From contig JAPEUG010000074.1 of NCBI GenBank assembly GCA_026025795.1, forward strand, positions 1-56,160: a stretch of 56,160 bases of DNA, written 5' to 3'. The notes beneath the pieces were generated by a model, which was not told where the DNA came from, did no database searches, and saw only the letters and a program-made list of their open reading frames with translations. Positions within the stretch are counted from its first letter, which is position 1; each line of letters opens with the position of its first letter. The DNA is from Thelocarpon superellum (Eukaryota). Shown here in pieces: positions 37,101 to 48,561 of the stretch. The position numbers were made by a program, and so were the translations under genes.

Positions 37101-38869
37101 GAGATCGAAATCGAGAAATGCTTCCGCCTCTGACTTCCGTGGCCGCTCCCCCGCAAGCGCTCCGAGCCGAGCCCCGGATCTCAGCCACGCTTGGCGATGT
37201 TCTCGCTCGAGATGATCCCCGCCCGTTGCCCGCGTACAGCACCGGCTTCCCAGCTGCGCCGACGTCAAGATGGCCAGTCGCTTGGTCGCGGCAGCCCTCC
37301 ACGATTTCCTCGATGGTGGATTTGGGGCTTGCCGACGGCTCGACCGACCCCAAGGAGTTCTTCACCATGTCGCCGCGAAAAGGATCGGAGTTATCGTCCT
37401 CAAGCAGCTCTGATTTTGCGAGTCTGGCGGCAACACGATCTATCCTTCCGCTTGTCACTGCCGTGCCCGGAGAAGACGATGTGTGGAGGGAGTATGACGA
37501 TCTCCTCGACGACATCATGGGCGCCAAGGCGAGCTCGCGACGAGGACCCTTCCGACCGCGCTACCCTCAGGCGTCGCTCAATGTCCGACAAGAGAGCAGC
37601 CCGAGCAATCCTCGACGGAAGTCTCATCGTGCCTCATCAGAAGTGGAGGGGCCGTCGATGCTCCCCTGGTGCAGACCCGGTTCGGAGCGTTCGTCTGTGC
37701 GACAATCATCCTTGCCCTCTGCTGGGATGCCGAACACACCAATGTCCTTTACCGATCTTTTCGCCGGGTACGGCGAACGGAATGTCAGCGTTGTGGGCTC
37801 ACAAGTCGATACCCCGACCGGTGAGAGACAGAAGTCAGATGACACGGCTCTGGCATCGGACGACTCGGCATCCGTGTACGAGGAAGATGGGGAAGTCACG
37901 GAGATTGATGACGACAAGGAGCCTACTGGGCTGGACTCGGAGATGAACGTTCGCTTCGGAGCGCTGATGACGAGCCGGTGGTTGTCGTTTGGTCGGGTGT
38001 TGTTCAGCCCCGCTCACGCGGAGATGACGCAAGGATCGGTCGCCGGACGACAGGAGCGCCTTCTCATCATCGACGGCTTGTACAATGACGATTGGTCGTA
38101 TTATTGTGCCCTGACCTATCCGGATATCACGGTCTACAACCTCAGTCCCTCCAAGGCGTCCAACACCGCGTCGGCGGAGCGGCGTGAATCCGGGGCGTGG
38201 AAGTCACCATCAAACCACCGCCAGATCCACCACCCCGACATTGAGAATCCCTTTCCCTTTCCCAAGGGATTCTTCAGCGCCGTCGTCTTTCGCTTCCCGG
38301 TGGCGACGTCGGACGTGGCGCAGCGCAATGCCGTGTCAGAGTGCAAACGCGTGCTTCGTCCCGGTGGACATTTGGAGATCAGCATGCTGGACCTCGACCT
38401 GATGAACATGGGCGACCGCGCGCGTCGGGCCGTGCGGACGCTGAAGCTCCGGATGCAAGCGGCCAACGAGGCGGTGTCGCTGAAGCCGACGTCGGACAAT
38501 CTCCTCCGTCTGCTTGGTCGACGAGGCTTCGAGAACGTCAATCGGTGCATGTTGGGGGTGCCGGTATTTGGCAGTGTGGCGGACTCTCGTGTGGGAGCTC
38601 TGTCGTTGAGCGAGCTGATTCGCGATGAGTCTCAGGAGGGTGACGAGGGCATCACGAAGATGGTGGCCAACGTGGGCCGGTGGTGGTACAGCCGATGCTA
38701 CGAGGTGGCAGCCATGGCGCCGACCGACGGCCCATCTGCGATGCGCAGCAGCCTCTGGCAAGATCGAGCGCTGCTACGAGAATGCGAGGAACGCAAGACG
38801 ACCTTTAAGATGTTGCTGTGCTATGCGCAGAAGCCTCTGACGCCTCGACGACGGACCGTCTCGGTCTAG
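34127..38869 (+). CDS. Large Ser/Pro/Arg-rich protein with a C-terminal class I SAM-methyltransferase-like domain
   Basis: Intronless 1580-aa ORF. The C-terminal region has FPFPKGFFSAVVFRFP and SECKRVLRPGGHLEI. An internal GPAAGTGHEGY motif is present. Confidence 0.85.
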   Translation: MAFDKTQISGPTQSRLPSAPSHHQASSRLPSKTHAAAFPSSGVTPPSSSLSLRRLDTRVRAPSSADRTTPLSAASSTRSLGPSALPKSSMSGPSTLPKPTTPVPSAPSPSPSRSRVGTAGLIKASFGYGGSSPKPSSTPRPAPAATPVAAAEKPSRNVLRRKPSTVNHKPVITRPKKGLGVSSSNPMVQPTMIPREPTTAPVFKDPFPSAVLGTTLPSMLPRNPRMPAPSIMDRGTNDKTDLSAGALQKLATYDLPPPAAPFNASTGSPSTRYSESPGPFSRTSTPTSISSYSPGMSTSKVTPRARQVSPMRSRPPVTRRAGGASFEEASAPVDVHGLPSLRESITSSSSGSTVKQMERVERREAESGPKKRLSPPPPSPPMRKSSTKFQRARVVRDDAKSGGPGMSRLRRDPASQPPPEASPALGNVRSPEPEPAPAVASPSTSAPRRPSRDGAPDLDHRAGSARPVIQSNLSRLPSQHHRKRTSVEIPGKGAALYPKKSATKPSPTSDLPPSRLDTGTRLPSRNPSPNPNSLRANSPGVGPPLSEGLGESAGPKSARPGPIRSTSRFAIFSKRTATRQEPAASEKTEKAEKPEKLIKKGPAAGTGHEGYAKFSTRGRTGSTTSASGSYARSTSASSRSGSAARVVGSRKGSATSQSDSEMDDFFSDRLGPVVIAGGGGIVENQNLGLDSLRSDSAQSSAPGRPSVDSNHSGSTQFSSFSNSSAPAKDTTRPRRGAARLFGSPSALFRTRSPRRPSTSSGEQVPDDVTTNLAVRRSLHRSNESDPLKIPPHINTTASRAPSSLGSQDNSVYSAMPWTDATDDLNEGREGHWLRPRQPTRSPSPQKRNFLERFHGSSQSPSPHPELQSTKARHLMPRPIAHYALLDSVDLRGDEGLDGPMCEAAEQEDYDGPKGHVEDPAAEERERVHSMLLPDPPSLPIDFTNTRPASPKVMLRAPDPTPAHPVTIQDTPQPNKRSRLKQVGRIPQVVSTRDRNREMLPPLTSVAAPPQALRAEPRISATLGDVLARDDPRPLPAYSTGFPAAPTSRWPVAWSRQPSTISSMVDLGLADGSTDPKEFFTMSPRKGSELSSSSSSDFASLAATRSILPLVTAVPGEDDVWREYDDLLDDIMGAKASSRRGPFRPRYPQASLNVRQESSPSNPRRKSHRASSEVEGPSMLPWCRPGSERSSVRQSSLPSAGMPNTPMSFTDLFAGYGERNVSVVGSQVDTPTGERQKSDDTALASDDSASVYEEDGEVTEIDDDKEPTGLDSEMNVRFGALMTSRWLSFGRVLFSPAHAEMTQGSVAGRQERLLIIDGLYNDDWSYYCALTYPDITVYNLSPSKASNTASAERRESGAWKSPSNHRQIHHPDIENPFPFPKGFFSAVVFRFPVATSDVAQRNAVSECKRVLRPGGHLEISMLDLDLMNMGDRARRAVRTLKLRMQAANEAVSLKPTSDNLLRLLGRRGFENVNRCMLGVPVFGSVADSRVGALSLSELIRDESQEGDEGITKMVANVGRWWYSRCYEVAAMAPTDGPSAMRSSLWQDRALLRECEERKTTFKMLLCYAQKPLTPRRRTVSV

Positions 38870-39726
38870 ATGGGTTGACGAGCGTTGACGAGTGGAGACG
38901 TGCATTCGCTTGAAGCTTTGGACGAAAAGATGAGCACGGTCGTCACTTTGCAGGGGCGACGACAAGATGAGAACAGTCCTTACTTTGCAGAAGCGGACGA
39001 CTACGAGATTTACGTTGACGTTGATGTTGATGGTTGATGTTGACGATATTATTTGACGAGCATAGCGGCGGCCGGTCTGTCTTTTCCATGATCCGTGTGC
39101 TCGAATTTCAGCGACCAGCAAACCAGCGTTGTTGTTTTTGGATTGTGTTTCCGGTGTGCCGATCGACCTCTGATACTCTCGCTCGACCGACGATGACTGT
39201 GGATCAGGGGCTTTTGACCATTTAGCGTGGAGCGTGCTATTCTCTATGTGACGTGATTTGGGATGCCAGAATGGGGTTTTTGTTGATAGCTGTGAGCAGT
39301 CGGGCAGTTAGGGCAGGTGGACAGCAGGGTTACTGACGTTTACAATCTACATGTACATAGAGACATGGGAGATGGATGGAAAAAGCGAAGGGACAAAGAG
39401 AGAAGAAGAGAATGAGACGATGAAGATGAAGATGAAGAAGAAGAAGAACAGCACCAGGCGCGAGCCTGACACGTGAATGAAGATCAGATATGTTACAATC
39501 AGGAGTGCATTCAAGTGATGCTCGTGACATGTAGACCTGGTGGCATAAACGAGGGAGATTAAAGGACAAGAGCAAGAGCGCGAGGATAAGTTGTGTAGGA
39601 GAGAGCGGGGACACCACTTTCGAAATTGATTGCAGGGTTGCCTAACGAGGGTATATCTTTCCGTCCATCCGTCCGACCGTCCATCCATCCATCCATCCTT
39701 CCCGCGGAGCAATGAAGGAAGGAACC

Positions 39727-39790
39727 AGCATCAGCAGCAGCATCAGCAGCAGCATCAGCATCAGCATCAGCATCAGCAGCAGCATCACCA
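39727..39790. repeat. (CAG)/(CAGCAT) microsatellite between convergent genes
   Basis: Directly visible. Nearby GAAGAT (about 39415-39448) and CCAT/CCGT (about 39661-39698) tracts. Confidence 0.9.
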
Positions 39791-39942
39791 AAACCATAAC
39801 CATGACCATAAGCACTGGTATGTAAAGACCGAACAACTATCGCTTGCGCCGCACATGTTCACATCTTTCCTGATCCTCATGCTCATCTCGTGGAAGCAAT
39901 CTTTCAAGGCTTGCCGGTGCCATCAGCAGCCCCGCGTTGATA

Positions 39943-41208
39943 TTATGGTAGCACAAGACCACGTCGCGCATACCCTTGGCCCTGACCGCCGCCGCTGGTG
40001 GTGTTGTTGCTCTGCGGGGTCGCGCCCAACGCGGCGGCGGAGGCAGCTTCAGCTTGTGCGCTCGGGGATTCGCCAGAAGCTGGGGCCGGGGTGTCGTTCG
40101 CGATGGAAGAGGCATTCCCGGCTCCTGCCGCACCGCCCGCAGCGCTGATAGGAGGCATGGTGGCGTTGTTGAAGACGAGGCGGGTGGAGTTGTAGTCCGA
40201 CACGGTCAGGTTCTGAGATACCACTTTCACGCTGCCGTCCCACCACTGGATCAGCATCCCTTCGGCGAACACCGGCTGCGGCGCGCTGATGCTGCCCTCG
40301 TTGTTGTTGTTGCCCACCGGCCCGTACTGCTGGGTTGCGCCCGCCCCGTTGCCGCTTCCGCCGGTGCTGCTTAGCTGCGGGAGAGGAGTTCGGCTCCTCA
40401 ACTTGGGCTTGAGCTTGGACTGGCCATTCGTAAGGGAGCTGGACCTTCCGGTAGCGGCCGAAGAGTTGACTTGACCCACTGCACTGGACGAGTTGGAGAC
40501 TGCAACGGCTTGGAGGGCGTTGACGACCGTGTTGTTCACGATCGCCACTGGCCCGGATGAGTTGGTCAGTGCAAAGGACGTGTTGGTCGTCAGCAACGCG
40601 GCCACGGCCTCACACGTCCCATCCCACGCGGGATTGGCCCTCGTCCCGGCAGAGGAGGTCGTGGTCTGTCGGGTCTTGAGCTTCCCACTTCCGGCACTGC
40701 TACCGCCCGTGGTGGTGAATGTTCCCGCGCCTCCGGCCGCTTGTGCTCCAGTGCTCGAGTTGGCATTGGTCCACTGGCTAAGGTCGGGACCAGGCACTTG
40801 ATATAGAGGCTGGACGGGACCACGGCTCGCTGGATCAAAGAGAACATATGTGCCGTTGAAGTAGATGGCAATGGCACCAGATTTCAGCTGGACCAGCTGG
40901 CCCGAGAGTCCTAGAGGCACCTGCGCCGACGTGCCACATTGTCCCTGGGTAGCAGCGCCCTGCGCGCCGCTAGACGTGGCCAGGGTTGAGATGTTCAGCA
41001 CGCTGCCGGCGGGCACAGGCGTGTCGGATTGATCGGTGAAGAGGGAGCCCTGCGGGTCGCTCTGACCTAGGCTGTTGGCTTGAGGGTAATCTCCCCCCTG
41101 GGGAGGGGCGCCTGGCGCCTGGGCAACACGCTTGCTGAGCGGAAGAGTGGCGGCGTCGGCACAGCCGACGGCCAGGACAACGGCAAGGACACCGGAAGCG
41201 ATCTTCAT
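39943..41208 (-). CDS. Orphan secreted Gly/Ser/Thr/Ala-rich protein (about 421 aa)
   Basis: Signal peptide MKIASGVLAVVLAVGCADA and a propeptide ending in LSKR. Many N-x-S/T sites. No intron is required. Confidence 0.75.
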   Translation of the reverse strand: MKIASGVLAVVLAVGCADAATLPLSKRVAQAPGAPPQGGDYPQANSLGQSDPQGSLFTDQSDTPVPAGSVLNISTLATSSGAQGAATQGQCGTSAQVPLGLSGQLVQLKSGAIAIYFNGTYVLFDPASRGPVQPLYQVPGPDLSQWTNANSSTGAQAAGGAGTFTTTGGSSAGSGKLKTRQTTTSSAGTRANPAWDGTCEAVAALLTTNTSFALTNSSGPVAIVNNTVVNALQAVAVSNSSSAVGQVNSSAATGRSSSLTNGQSKLKPKLRSRTPLPQLSSTGGSGNGAGATQQYGPVGNNNNEGSISAPQPVFAEGMLIQWWDGSVKVVSQNLTVSDYNSTRLVFNNATMPPISAAGGAAGAGNASSIANDTPAPASGESPSAQAEAASAAALGATPQSNNTTSGGGQGQGYARRGLVLP

Positions 41209-42680
41209 GATGAAAGAGGCGGACAGAGACAGAAACAAGATCAAGGAACAAATGGCGGAGAGGTCGACGAGACAGATGTTGCTAGTTTGGAAACGAAAGA
41301 CATCTCCGCGGTTACTTATAACCTTGACGTGGTGGCACCGGCGAGACGTTGAAGGAGGCTGTGGGACGGAATGCGAGCTGCATCGAAGGAAGGGTTTCGG
41401 GAACGGTTATGCCTGGCCAGCTCCAGCCGGTGACGCCTCTGCTCATGCTGGTCTTGGCTATGGAGATCGCGGGAGATACGGGTCCACGCGCCCCGTGGAC
41501 GAGGCCATTGCATAAGAGGGCCGCACACGCCCCGTACGTCAACACCAGCCGCTAACCTCTCGTGGAGACTTTCCGTCTGCCGGGACCAGGGTGGCATGAG
41601 ATGCCGAGCCCTTGGGTCGAAGCTGAGTGGTTTCAGCCCTGATGTTGTTCGAGGTCCGGGCCATCATGCACGGATTTAGAATCCTCCAAGCCGGCCCGAC
41701 GTCCGTTTCATTCTTTGTCGACGATTGTGATGGCTTTGGCCACATGGAGATTCGTGCATGATCCTGCTGGCCTCGTGCGGTGTGGCTCGGTCCAGAGTGG
41801 ATGGGAAAGGCGTGAGGGCAACGTCGGGCGTTTGAGCTCAGTCGGTCTTCATGCGGACACATTCAAGGCACCGACAGGAAGACGTAAGGCCCATTGTTGC
41901 AGGGATGGAGTGAAACGATCTTGGTATCAAACACGGGTCAGTGGAATCCGTCATGTCACGCTTGCCAAGCCGGTGAGACGACCCACGGGTGTGCGTCATC
42001 ACAATCCATCCATCTGTGCGATCTGCGAATGCACAGCGGTGACAAATTCTCGGTAGGAATGTTATGCCATCCATCTCAAATGTCAGGATTCCTTCAGGAC
42101 TTGAGGAGACGCGGTCAGGTCGCCGAGGAGGCTGACAGATGAGAGCTCAGTTGACCTCCTCTTCCCTGGCATGAACACTTGCTTGTACACGCAGCGTTAC
42201 ATCGATTCCTTCATGTCGATGGCTACAGTCGACGCGCGTAGTTCCATGTCCAGCCACCGAGCCGGCCTTGTAGTTTTTGTTGCACGCTGTACTACATACG
42301 ATTAGACGCCCTGTGGCCGTGACCGTGGCCGTGACCTAAGTATGTCATGAAATAGACCCCAACCCAGAGCAGACCCGACGGGACAAATACACCGCACCCC
42401 AGACAAGACCAGAGAAGCCCGACTAGATCGAAACATGCATGAGTCGACGCGATGTAGCCCAGACCTCTCAAATCCCCTTCCCCTTCTCCTTTGCAGTCCT
42501 GACGGGCATGAACGTGACGACGCACTCCTTTGGCATGATCTCGCAGCTTGCTTCCCTCGCAACGCAGCTTTTCATCACAACGGTCGTAGAGCAACAAAAT
42601 CGACCAGGGCAGGACAGGCGACAAGCAAAAACATGGAGCAGACTTGCACGCCTCCTCGCCCTTCGTCCTTGGTCCCTGCG

Positions 42681-44207
42681 TCAACACTCTTGCTCGCCCC
42701 CTCCCGGAGCCAATTCCCGCTGGCTACCCTCGCGACCGACATCGAGATGTGACGAGCTCCGCGACGAGTGGTGTGAAACAGAGGGCTTGAGATCGATGGC
42801 CGCGCCCAACTTGCCGTACGTTGACATGGTGTGCCCGCGGGGCTGACGTGGTGGAGGGCGCGTGCCTCGAAGCTGGTACCACAAGCTCCGGCATGCCGGC
42901 AGCGAGGTCATGATGTAGATGACGGAATTCCAGAATCCTTGCAGCGGTAACACCAACGCCGCGACAAAGTTCAGGGCGAAGCTGAACTGCGTCGGATGCA
43001 CCAGTCCGTACACGCGGTTCACGCTCGAAGGAATCTGAAGGTCAAGGGTCTCGTCAGTCATGTTCGTCGTCGAGCGACTTGCAGGCACCCACCCAAGTGA
43101 TCAACATGACGACGAAGAAGAAGAAGGCACATCGCGCATAGCCCCATGCCGCTCGGTTGGTCTCGGCGATCGTGGTGGCCTGCGTCGCTCGGGTGAGCGC
43201 CGTCGTCGTCGGAGGGTTGCCCTCGATCGTGATGGAATATGGCTGGTAGCGACCTGCCGGCTCGCCAGACCCATCCACAGCCGGAGGCGCACTCTCGATC
43301 ATGTCCGACGGCGAATCACTGCGCGAGGGCTCGATGGCTTCGCGCGTGATCTTGACTTCCGTCGTCTTCGTACTGGTGAATGGATTCACGATGAGTGGCG
43401 GCACTGGCGAAGAGGGCCGGTGCAAAAAGTCCACCAACTGCTTGCGTTTCTGATAGATTTCGATCCCCGCAAAGGCATAGATGGTAAAGGTCGCCAGCAT
43501 GACCACCCTGGTCGGTCTCACGTCAGGAGGATGGGGCGATGGCGGTGCAGGGAGACTACTCACCACACCGGGCCGTAGAAGGTCGCCACCCGCAAGGCGT
43601 CCCAGCTTTTACCCACCCAACACCAGAGCTGCATCGGTCATCAGCCCGCGTTCGCTCCCGGCCGGAAACATGGACCATTGTCCTCCTACCACGGCGTTCC
43701 CATACACCATGCCCAGGTTATTCGTGCGCAATCCCAGATAGATGAACGCCGGCACCGCCGGGAGCCCGTAGCACAAGATGAAGTACTTGATCTCCATCGC
43801 CCGCAGCTGCGTCTCATTGTATTTGCGGAAGAAGGTCAGATAGACGTTGTACGCCATGGCCATGGCCCACAACGCATCCGCCGGGAGGAACCTGTGCACG
43901 GGTGAGCGCTGCCAAACCTCCGGGGAACATCGACCACCACCACCTACATCTGGATGACGAAGCCTTGGAATTGACACAGGGAGGATTCCACTCCAGAGTC
44001 CGGACCCGAAGTGGAGATCAGTGTCGCGATGTTGGAGATCATGTTCCCGAAGGAGGCGTAGAAGACGAGTCGGTTGATGGGCTTGTGGAACCGCCTCGAC
44101 GAGACAAAGGTCAGGAGGATAAAGCTCGTTCCCACCAGCGAGAACACTGATGTCACTCGTTCCACAACCGTAAAGGCCATCAACTGATTCGCCGTTGGCT
44201 CTGCCAT
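42681..44207 (-). CDS. cAMP-receptor-like (class V, CRL) G-protein-coupled receptor
   Basis: Five exons (introns 43892-43947, 43629-43689, about 43508-43563, about 43036-43093). Motifs INRLVFYASFGN, CQFQGFVIQMFLPADALW, LWCWV...FYGPVW, ITWIPSSVNR and LPLQGFWNSVIY. Seven hydrophobic segments. Confidence 0.92.
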
Positions 44208-47200
44208 GGTGATTGGCGGTATACGGGACCAAGAGCGTGCGGTGCTCAGGGCAGAGTGGCGGCACACTTGGGTCACGGTCCTAGCCTCTTGGGCGCTGGA
44301 GAATGGATCCCGCCCACGCGGTCCTCAGTGATGTGGAGGATTGGCGGAGTGGAGGAGCGGAGGAGAAGTTTGATCGGGCCAGGCCAAGCCAACGCCCTCA
44401 AGTCGTGATAGAAGCCTCTGGGGCATTAAAGGGACTTTCACCAAGGAGCATGAGCGCACATCGAATCAGGAGCAGCCAGGAGCATCGCGTGGAGAAGTAC
44501 TACGACGAGACTGCCGAACACCTCGACATCATCAATCATCGATTACCGGGAGTGGTGCTGCAAACGTCTCCAACCCTGCCGCCGCGAGGAGAGGCCCGGA
44601 CAGCCAGGGAGAGAGCAGGCGTCGCCAGCGTCGCGGGCCCTCAGGAACAGGCCCTCGCACCACCCTTGCTCCGCCCATGATACGAGGGCACCGGGACGAC
44701 ATCATTGGGCGGCGCACGCTAAGGAGGGTTTGCAGCCTGACCGCTGCTTGACGAGGGATCTGCGAGCAGGCGTTGGAGGCTCCAGCGGCCGCCCCCGCGC
44801 CCGCACCCGCGGCAGGCCCGTATGCGCGAGGTTGAAGTAGAGGTGCGCAGGGGACGGGACGAGGACGATGGGTGTGGGTGGGTGGGTCGCCATCGCAGGG
44901 GGCGCTTCCTCCGTTCTGGGGACGGGGAGGGAGGGCGAGTGGGAAGTGGGTGGCATGGGTGCTGGCATGGCCGCGGTCGATAGAGAGCGCTGCACGTTTT
45001 CGCTCCGGCTGCATGCGCGACCGGCATCAGAGATGCACGTACGGGCCAGCATATTTACCACATGCGCCGCGATGCAATCCATTTGGTGGCACAGAGGCCT
45101 AAGTACTCCTCCACTACTAGTGGTAGTAGTAGGAGTTTGCGTCGCGCACACCGAGAGTGTAGGGTTATGAGTACCAGTAGCAGAGGACCTCGTTGACACC
45201 GGTGTTCATCAGCCCAACTAGGTCCGGAAAGCCTGGGAGCGGCAGACCCTACCCTTCCTCGCACATCGACCGGGATCAGGAAGGGCCATGGCCAACGAAG
45301 CCGCTTACCATTTGCTGACCCTGTCGTGGTCGATTGGCACGAGCAGAACGCGGGATGGGGTCTCGAGGAGAAGGTCTTGAGCCCGTGCGCTCGTGTACCT
45401 CCGGGTACTTCGACGGGGACTCGTACTCGTACTCGTGCACTCGTGTTGGCTGTCGCGCGGCACCGGCTCGCGCACGGGTTCGGTGAAAGCTCGGTTGGAG
45501 GTGGCGGGGGAAGGCGGTCTCGCCAGCGGCAGACACCTCACCACCGTCTCTGCCGTACGTTTGTCGATTCCACCATGCCAGCTGTACGACTTGTTCTGAC
45601 TGGCTCAAGGACGCCCGAACCCGTCAGATCCGTCATTGGTCGCATGGGCAGCCCATTTCCTCGTTCTGCCACGACTCAATCTCCTCACTGCCGTCTTCTT
45701 CGAAATCGGACAGGCGCCACCAGGAATTAGAATGTGGACCGTGGTCGTTCGTGCAGATGTCAAACTAGACGCGTACGATAGCAGGACGGGTGTTTCTTCA
45801 TCGGGCCGTTGCTTGAATGGGTAGATGCCTGCAATTCACCACTGAAGGTGAAAGGCTATCGAACCAGCTACCATAGACTGGTGGTTGAACTCCTCCGCCC
45901 TGGGCCCCGATGGACTGCCTGGCGACTGAAGATCGCGGCCACCACATTTAAATACAGCTTCTCAGGCTCCTTAGAGCGTCATGTGCTCCTTACCTCCGAT
46001 CTTCTTCATCTCTGCACACGGGCATGTTGGCACACAAGATGGCGGCACCTGAGGTGAACGAACCACTGCGCACCTCGCATCCTGTTCTGCCAGTGGCTCG
46101 ACGAACAGGCTGCTCGGTAGAGAGGCAGCGAATGGATCAAGACAATCCGCTAGGAGTTCTCCGCGGCGGGTCGCACTCTATCACCCATAGGATTTTCGAG
46201 CCGAGTGGCGTGCAGGAGACTGACATTCAAGTGCGGGAGAAGGCGCGGACCTTCGGGAAACTCCTTGGCCGTCGATCATTTGCTCTGCTCGAGTACGAGC
46301 GCGAGCATTAGCACGCGTATTCGTGCCTCGAAGCCGACCGTACTCGTAGGTCCTCCCGTACGGAGGACCGTCCGGGCGCTGCACGCCGATGGTAGGCCGC
46401 GCGGGCGCCTGGTATCTTCCGGGTACTTTTCCGCAGAACCGGCGCACGGGGACCCGTTAAACGACCAGCGGCCCGCCCGTCGTCGGTCGAGATATACAAG
46501 TAACATATGACAAAGGACAAACAACGGCTACCCCGAGGTCTAGACGCGCCCCTGGTACCACTCGGGGGTCAGGGTAGACCTGATTGGCAGATAGCGCGAT
46601 GCGGCCATGCCGCGTTCACCCGTCCGAGCGTCGTGTCGTTACGCTTCCGGCGCATGGAAGGTTCGCCGGATCCATAGGCTGCGTGATATCGCCTCTTCAC
46701 AACGACTCATAAAAGGCACAACAATGTAGGGGAAAAGGCACACCTCGGTTAGACACTTGCTCCCCGGAGGTGACGATGGTACGGCCATTGGAAACGAGCG
46801 TGACCAAAGACCTTCACCCGACATGTCTTCGTACTCGTAGATCGTAGACGAGTCTCGCCCTCCAGCTCGTACAAGGGAGAACGTCGTCAAGAAGAAAGGA
46901 TGACTCTGAGCCTACGGTGGCGACGTCGGACCCCAAGTCCACCAGAACTCGTTCCCTTTAAGTACCCTACCCCGGGTAGCACACTGGCGCGCGCTGCCGT
47001 GTGTGTTTCAGATGATCGAGGCCCATCATCAACCAGCGCAGTGAAGTGGCTCTTATCGCTCAATCTGCCGATTCAAGAACGGTCGTGACCAAGGCATCGT
47101 GCGCCAGTGGTACGACGATAGGAGTTGATCGCCGCCGGCGTGCTGGGGCACACTTGAATTCCCCTCCTTCGGGGAGTTCACCGGCAAGGTACAAGTCTGA

Positions 47201-47738
47201 CCACGGTCATGTAAGAACCCACGCCGGGAACACCCTTGCCGTCTACCCGTCGTCCATTGCCCTGAAGGGCGAATCGCAACTCCGTCCGAGAGGATGTCGT
47301 TCCTGCACTCTTGCTTTGTCCCAGGGGGGCCAAAAGGGTGTGGAGCACGCGGCCGTGGGAGGGTGGTGGTTGGAAGAGCGGGCTGGGGATCGACCTTGGC
47401 CGGTATCAAAGGACCCCACAGGAAGTAAGTCGGGCCTTTAATGCTCCGATTAGATCCGCAACCCAAAAAGCCACGCCCGAGAGCCAAATCTGCGAGCCAA
47501 GACCATCCAGCCCAAAGGGCCGCTTTTGGTGTGTTGCCGCTACGCTGAATCTCGCAGCATACGTGGGCGATGAGCAACGCCATACTGCTGGTAGGTTCTA
47601 GTAGTAGTACTACGAGTATGGTACGAGTTGTGGTAGTCCGGTGCTGGTTATGGGCCAGAAGTACTGGAACATACTGTAAGTGTAGGAATCAGAGCTGAAT
47701 TGCTAATCTACGCGTAGTCGGGATAGTAATAGGAGTGG

Positions 47739-47759
47739 GCACGTGACTATGTCACGTGC
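47739..47759. promoter_or_regulatory. Perfect inverted repeat containing two GTCACGTG E-boxes
   Basis: GCACGTGAC-TAT-GTCACGTGC. Confidence 0.5.
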
Positions 47760-48561
47760 ACGCTCCTACATAAGTAAGTTAGTGGCTATCGCCTACGAGT
47801 GGCCGAACGAAGCACATTCCACTCCTGCCTACTATGAGTAGTACTCATACGGTGTACCATTAGGCGTCGCATATACAGGTTGTGGCTTCTCACGACAATC
47901 AAGCAGTGCTATTCCGTCTGTGCATCATCGGGGCTGCAGATATTCATGGGGCTGTGTGATCCAGCCTCGTGCCAGTCCAGGCCTCTCTACGGCAATCCAA
48001 GCAATGCGCACCTTCGAGGATGCCGCCCGTGATAATGATCGTGACGCTTCCCCAGAGGCATCGGAGCCGGGCTTGACGTCACTGGTATTTAGAGTGCGTG
48101 GTGCGTTCTGCTCAGGGGTGATCATCATCATCATTCTATGACCAACGTTGCCGTGCCCCATGCAAGATGCGATTCTGGTGAGATCGGCTTCTGGCTAGAC
48201 ACGCCGATGTTACGTAACGAGCCCACAATCCCGGACGTGACGAGCATCCGCCACAAGTCACAAAGCCACAAGTATGAAAGCCGCACGATGCATGAAAAGT
48301 GATCTGGAGCACATTCACGGCACATTACCATGAAGAGACTGGGGTGTGCCAGAAACCCCGTCTCCGTCCCTCATCAAGCATGCGGCACACACCGCTCCAT
48401 GATCTCGAATCCCACAGCATGATCCCAATCGAGCCCACGCCAAGAATGCGTCCTGGAGACTGCGCTTGACTCCCGACGCAGGAGAAGAATCGGGGGGACC
48501 CGTAGCGGACCCGCCTCCGGACAGATTGGAGCGCGACACGCTGAAGTGAACATGGTGCATC

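Noticed and set aside
39630..40148. ORFs with polyQ/H or poly-LM tracts
   Set aside because: Translations of the intergenic CAG/CAT microsatellite.
45161..45168. TAACCCTA on the minus strand, a possible telomerase RNA template
   Set aside because: Only an 8-nt match, with no recognisable pseudoknot or P6/6.1 element nearby.
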